11,378 nucleotides of DNA, taken from contig NW_021826981.1 in the NCBI RefSeq assembly GCF_006345805.1, positions 1 through 11,378 on the forward strand, given 5' to 3'. Below are positions 7,530-11,378 of this stretch, piece after piece (positions within the stretch are counted from its first letter, which is position 1; the number at the start of each line of letters is the position of its first letter). The notes beneath the pieces were generated by a model. It did not search any database, was not told the DNA's origin, and worked only from the letters and a program-made list of their open reading frames with translations. The position numbers and the translations under genes were made by a program. The DNA is from Octopus sinensis (Eukaryota).

Positions 7530-8153
7530 GGCTTTTAAGGGCTTTAGGAAGAACATTAGGTAGGGCTTCAGGAAGGGATTTGGGCAAGGATTTTACGAAG
7601 GTCTTTAGGCAGGGCTTTTGGAAGGGCTTTAGGCAAGGGCCATAAGTATGGTCCTTAGGCACGGGATTTTGAGAGGTCGTTAGATAGGACTTCATGAAGG
7701 GCCTTAGGGAGGTCTGTAGGTAGCGCTTTAGGAAAGGCCTTAGGCAATGGCTTTAGGCAGGGCTTTAGGAAGAAATTTAAGCAAGGGCCATAGGTAAGGG
7801 CTTTAGGACGGTCTTTAGGCAGGGCTTTAGGAAGAAATAAATTTAAGCAGGGCATAGTGCAAGGTAAGGGCTTTTAGGAGCGTTTTAGGCAGGGCTTTAG
7901 GAAGAAAAGAAATTTAAGCAAGGGCCATAGGTAAGGGCTTTAGGACGGTCTTTAGGCAGGGCTTTAGGAAGAAATTTAAGCAAGGGCCATAGGTAAGGGC
8001 TTTAGGACGGTCTTTAGGCAGGGCTTTAGGAAGAAATTTAAGCAAGGGCCATAGGTAAGGGCTTTAGGACGGTCTTTAGGTAGGGCTTCAGGAAGGGTCT
8101 TAAGCAATAGCTTTAGAAAGGTCTTTAGGCAGGGCCTTAGGAAGGGCTTTAAG
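7530..8153. repeat. Minisatellite with a ~12-bp basic unit (GGGCTTTAGGAA/GGTCTTTAGGCA) and a 62-bp higher-order unit
   Basis: AAGGGCCATA starts at 7920, 7982 and 8044 (62-bp spacing; the first two units are identical), with related units at 7783 and about 7635. The plus strand is G-rich and C-poor. Confidence 0.95.
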
Positions 8154-8389
8154 CAGGGGTCTCCAACCACCGGTCCGTGGACTATTTTGTACCGGGTCGC
8201 ATAGAAGGAATAAATTTTTAAATTTCATTTCTATTTTATTGACTATCACAGTCTACAGGCTGTTTCTGCATTAAATATGTATTATGCATGTAATATATAT
8301 GTATTGTATATGTAATATTTGAGTTATATATCATGCACTTTATTGTGCTTTGTTATGCACGTGATTCTTGGTCCGTGGAAAAATTGTCC
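8154..8389 (+). mobile_element. hAT-Charlie (MER1-like) non-autonomous element, 3'-truncated
   Basis: Starts CAGGGGTCTCCAACC, followed by ACCGGTCCGTGG and CCGGGTCGCA. GGTCCGTGGAAAAATTGTC lies at about 8370-8388. These match my recall of MER1-type ends; the right TIR is missing. Confidence 0.65.
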
Positions 8390-8481
8390 ACTAGTATCCA
8401 AGCTTGGTAACATTTTCCCATGGCCAGATCTTGGACCTTAAGTATTCAAGCACTACAGACTTTTTTTTTTTTTTTTGGAAC

Positions 8482-9210
8482 GGAGACGGTTTGTAGCCTA
8501 GTGATTATGGTGTTGTACTCATGTTCGCAAGATTATGGTTTCAATTCCTGGACTGGACAGTGCAAGACACTTCATTTCATGTTGCTCCAGTCCACTCAGC
8601 TAATGGTTAGGATGTTGCACTCATGACTTCTAGATTGTGGTTTCAATTCCTGGACTGGGCGGTGCATTGTGTTCTTGAGCAAAACACTTCATTTCATGTT
8701 GCTCCAGTTCACTCAGCTAATGTTTAGGATGTTGCACTCATGACTTCTAGATTGTGGTTTCAATTCCTGGACTGGGCAGTGCATTGTGTTCTTGAGCAAA
8801 ACACTTCATTCCATGTTGCTCCAGTCCACTCAGCTAATGTTTAGGATGTTGCACTCATGACTTCTAGATTGTGGTTTCAATTCCTGGACTGGGCAGTGCA
8901 TTGTGTTCTTGAGCAAAACACTTCATTCCATGTTGCTCCAGTCCACTCAGCTAATGGTTAGGATGTTGCACTCATGACTTCTAGATTGTGGTTTCAATTC
9001 CTGAACTGGGCAATGCATTGTGTTCTTGAGCAAAACACTTCATTTCATGTTGCTCCAGTCCACTCAGCTGTAAACGAGTTAACCTACGATGGACTGGCGT
9101 CCTGTCCAGGAAGAATGTTGCGATCCCAGATCACCGGTACACAATATAAACCGGGTCGCCAACCAGCGCTAGGACCTGAGGTAGTAATGTCTAGCGGGAT
9201 TTAGAAAAAG
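8482..9210 (+). mobile_element. tRNA-derived SINE (V-SINE-like motif) with a fivefold tandem amplification of its 5' region
   Basis: A-box-like TAGCCTAGTG near 8494 and B-box-like GTTTCAATTCC in every unit. CTTGAGCAAAACACTT motif. A single 3' part contains CGATGGACTGGCGTCCTGTCCAGG (9087-9110), like the V-SINE domain. The 3' end is approximate. Confidence 0.75.
8510..9069 (+). repeat. 117-bp tandem array (5 units) inside the SINE
   Basis: Units start at 8510 (101 bp, more diverged, internal deletion), 8611, 8728, 8845 and 8962. Adjacent units among 2-5 differ by 1-3 nt. Confidence 0.97.
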
Positions 9211-9274
9211 GGGTTTACTTATGGCCCTTCACATACCACTCTGAGACAGATTAGATCAATACCAGTGTGGTTAA

Positions 9275-9680
9275 CCATTGACGTTTTTCTCGAACGGTTA
9301 CTAAATAACTACTGCAGGACACATCTGAGCAGAGAGGAAGCATTCCAGGGGAATAGAAAAGAAGGGCTGGGCATATTGGTTTGTGTGGGACCTGGAGATG
9401 GGAGTGGGAATAATACAGTAGCTGAAATGAGGAAAGACAAGGGTACCAATAACGCTTGAATGGAGGGCGTGGGATCTGTAATCTCTAAGGAATAGACATG
9501 ATTGTAATAAGAGTAAAGGTAGAGAGGGGAGACATCATGTCAGATGGCTGGAATTTGATATGTGTTATCCCAATCACTTAGGTACCCCTTTATTATGCAA
9601 TCAAAGGTGTAGTGTACAGCCTTTTCAAAAGGGTAAAACATAAGTGAGCAAAGTATTCTCAAGTACGTGATTTGCTGGAG
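9275..9680 (-). mobile_element. Old, frameshifted CR1/L2-like LINE ORF2 C-terminal relic
   Basis: Collinear minus-strand peptide remnants: EYFAHL (like EYCSHIW, 9639-9658), HDVSPLYLYSYYNHVYSLEI (like RDVSSLCLFYRYYNG.CSSEL, 9480-9539), HTNQYAQPFF (9358-9387), WNA, and FEKNVN (9277-9294). Confidence 0.6.
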
Positions 9681-9827
9681 AAGTTTAACTAATTATGTTA
9701 ATTTATTAATTTATGCTGGTAATGCTGATGTTGTTGTGAAAATATTCTAGTCATCACCTAATTTGGTGTCAACAACGAACTGATTTTGTAACAGTAGAAT
9801 ATCCTCAGTGCTGATTCACTGTAGTAT

Positions 9828-9982
9828 GGCATGGGCGGTAAGAAGCTTGCTTCCCAACTTCATGGTTTCAGGTTCAGTCCCACTGCATGGCACCTTGGGC
9901 AAGTGTCTTCTACTATAGCCTCGGCCTGACTAAAGCCTTCTGAGTGGATTTCATAGATGGAAACTGAAAGAAACTTGCCATA
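9828..9982 (+). mobile_element. SINE family B, 5' half
   Basis: GGTTCAGTCCCACTGCATGGCACCTTGGGCAAGTGTCTTCTACTATAGCCTCGG is homologous to about 4287-4340. It runs into a microsatellite and the 3' half is absent. Confidence 0.85.
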
Positions 9983-10046
9983 CACAACACACACACACAC
10001 ATGTATATATATGTATGTAATGTTATAATATATATATATATCTATA

Positions 10047-10081
<35 letters not shown>

Positions 10082-10174
10082 ATATATATTATATATATAT
10101 ATACATGTATATCTATATATATATACATGTATATTATATATAATATATATCTATATATATATATATAATACATG

Positions 10175-10206
<32 letters not shown>

Positions 10207-10260
10207 CATACTATATATATGTATATGTATATAACACAGACACACACACATATATATGAC
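9983..10260. repeat. Long interrupted (TA)n tract with CA-rich flanks
   Basis: About 280 bp of TA/TG/CA dinucleotides; explains the Y/I-rich ORF. Confidence 0.95.
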
Positions 10261-10460
10261 AGGTTTCTATATATATAGTCCACATCACGTGCATAAACTG
10301 TATATAATGTATGTTGTGTACATTGTGTATATCTGTGAATGTATGTTAAACTACTTGACTACACGTTGCTACTGTGTATATATTATACTGATTTAAAATG
10401 TGTGCATACACACACACAAATATCTGCCTCTGTCTATCTGTCTGTCTATCTATCTAGTAG

Positions 10461-10805
10461 TAGTAAAGAAATAGGTATTTCGTCTGCCGCTACGTTCTGA
10501 GTTCAAATTCCGCCGAGGCCGATTTTGCCTTTCATCCTTTCGGGATCGATAAATTAAGTATCAGTTACGCACTGGGGTCGATGTAATCGACTTAATGCCT
10601 TTGTCTGTCCTTGTTTGTCCCATCTATGTTTATGCCCCTGTGGGCAATAAAGAGATAAGAAATAGCGCACCGGGCAAAATGTTTAGCAGTATTACATCTG
10701 TCATTGCGTTTGGAGTTCAAATTCCCCCGAGGTCAACTTTGCCTTTCATCCTTTCAGGATTGATAAAATAAGTACCAGTCGAGCACTGGGGTCGATGTAA
10801 TCGAT
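10461..10805 (+). mobile_element. SINE family A multimer: tail-A remnant, headless unit, and an older truncated unit
   Basis: TAGTAAAGAAATAGGTATTT (10461-10480) joins directly into the body. The unit ends near 10665. A second, more diverged unit (about 10666-10805) carries GAGTTCAAATTCC and CACTGGGGTCGATGTAATCGA. Confidence 0.85.
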
Positions 10806-10835
10806 TCTGAAACCATATAATGTGGTGTAGCCATA

Positions 10836-11009
10836 CAGAGTTGACCAAAAGTCCTCAGACAGTAAATCAAAATTTCATAAATGTGTCGCTTAAGAAGGAC
10901 TTTAGTTCGAACAATTTTCATGATATTTCTTATTCAGATACTTTTATTAAATTCATTCAGTCGTTAAACATAAATAAGTTAAATGATTTTGATTTACTGG
11001 CCAATCCTG
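10836..11009. mobile_element. TA-flanked Tc1/mariner-type MITE, copy 1 (174 bp)
   Basis: TA|CAGAGTTGACCAAAAGTCCTCAGACAGTAAATCAAAA ... TTTTGATTTACTGGCCAATCCTG|TA. The right TIR lacks about 15 nt relative to copy 2. Confidence 0.8.
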
Positions 11010-11090
11010 TATAATCAATTTACATGCAGTGCCATCTTCCGCTGCACAAATAAATAAATAGAATTTTAACAAGTTGGACACACACACATA

Positions 11091-11295
11091 CAGGGTCGGC
11101 CAGAAGTCACCCGACAGTAAATCAAATACTATCTGTAATTCTGTATTGACTCAAATGGACAAAACTGTGTTGCTCAAGAAGGACTTCTGTTTGAACAATT
11201 TTCATCATGTTTCATATTTAGATACTTTTATTAAATTCATTCACTTGTTAATAAATGGTTTTGATTTACTGTCGGATGACTTTTAGCCAACCCTG
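11091..11295. mobile_element. TA-flanked Tc1/mariner-type MITE, copy 2 (205 bp)
   Basis: 36-bp TIRs with 4 mismatches (CAGGGTCGGCCAGAAGTCACCCGACAGTAAATCAAA versus CAGGGTTGGCTAAAAGTCATCCGACAGTAAATCAAA). TA at 11089-11090 and 11296-11297. Confidence 0.9.
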
Positions 11296-11378
11296 TATAT
11301 CTCCTCTACGACAACATTTGTGCGCTTATCCGTCCGTCATACTTTAACCTTTCAAAACCTGGCATAAAACCACATGCC

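Noticed and set aside
7470-7530. Minus-strand peptide KKDNDQTPTLITLTF resembling a LINE ORF1 motif
   Set aside because: The match is short, the expected downstream motifs and zinc knuckle are absent, and a stop follows soon after.
7530-8153. Interstitial telomere
   Set aside because: TTAGG is embedded in a 12-bp unit and there is no run of tandem TTAGGG.
7435-8170. Minus-strand ORFs with PKAL/PCLK repeats as a repetitive protein
   Set aside because: A 12-bp unit leaves frames open trivially. The 62-bp higher-order unit and 4-bp insertions break frame, which argues against coding selection.
8510-9069. CRISPR-like appearance of the 117-bp array (and of the 62-bp repeats)
   Set aside because: The units are contiguous with no unique spacers, there are no cas genes, and the context is eukaryotic and SINE-derived.
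367-10251. Low-complexity ORFs (poly-M at 367, poly-T/H/V at 1346-2735, CV/YI/HT repeats at 1058, 4226-4869 and 10042)
   Set aside because: They are translations of (GAT)n, (GGT)n, (ACC)n, (CA)n and (TA)n microsatellites and have no domain signal.
11344-11378. piggyBac terminus (TTAA|CCTTT)
   Set aside because: The motif is short and imperfect, it lies at the window edge, and no partner end is visible.

Overview
This is eukaryotic, AT-rich DNA almost entirely tiled by transposon relics and microsatellites. The SINE families and simple-repeat density match what I recall of Octopus or another coleoid cephalopod; this is recognition, not a database hit. I find no intact protein-coding gene, rRNA, tRNA or CRISPR array. 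Most supplied ORFs are artefacts of microsatellites, satellites or decayed transposons. From left to right the window holds: a probable non-autonomous Helitron (7-1899, minus) with a nested (GAT)n-tailed retroposon; two minus-strand tRNA-derived SINEs; an internally deleted mariner; a 423-bp foldback element with ~153-bp arms; a degenerate Penelope-type hammerhead motif; a SINE with an internal microsatellite; a Tigger-like MITE; a second mariner interrupted by a perfect-TIR MITE; a TSD-flanked SINE dimer; an RTE LINE 3' end; a possible exon; a hierarchical 12/62-bp satellite; a MER1-like hAT fragment; a SINE whose head is amplified five times in tandem; an old CR1/L2-like LINE relic; further SINE multimers; and two copies of one TA-flanked MITE. 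I cannot demonstrate a new biological system. The best leads are the foldback element, the tandem-amplified SINE head, the SINE dimerisation junction, the hammerhead-like motif and the splice-bounded segment at 7192-7483.
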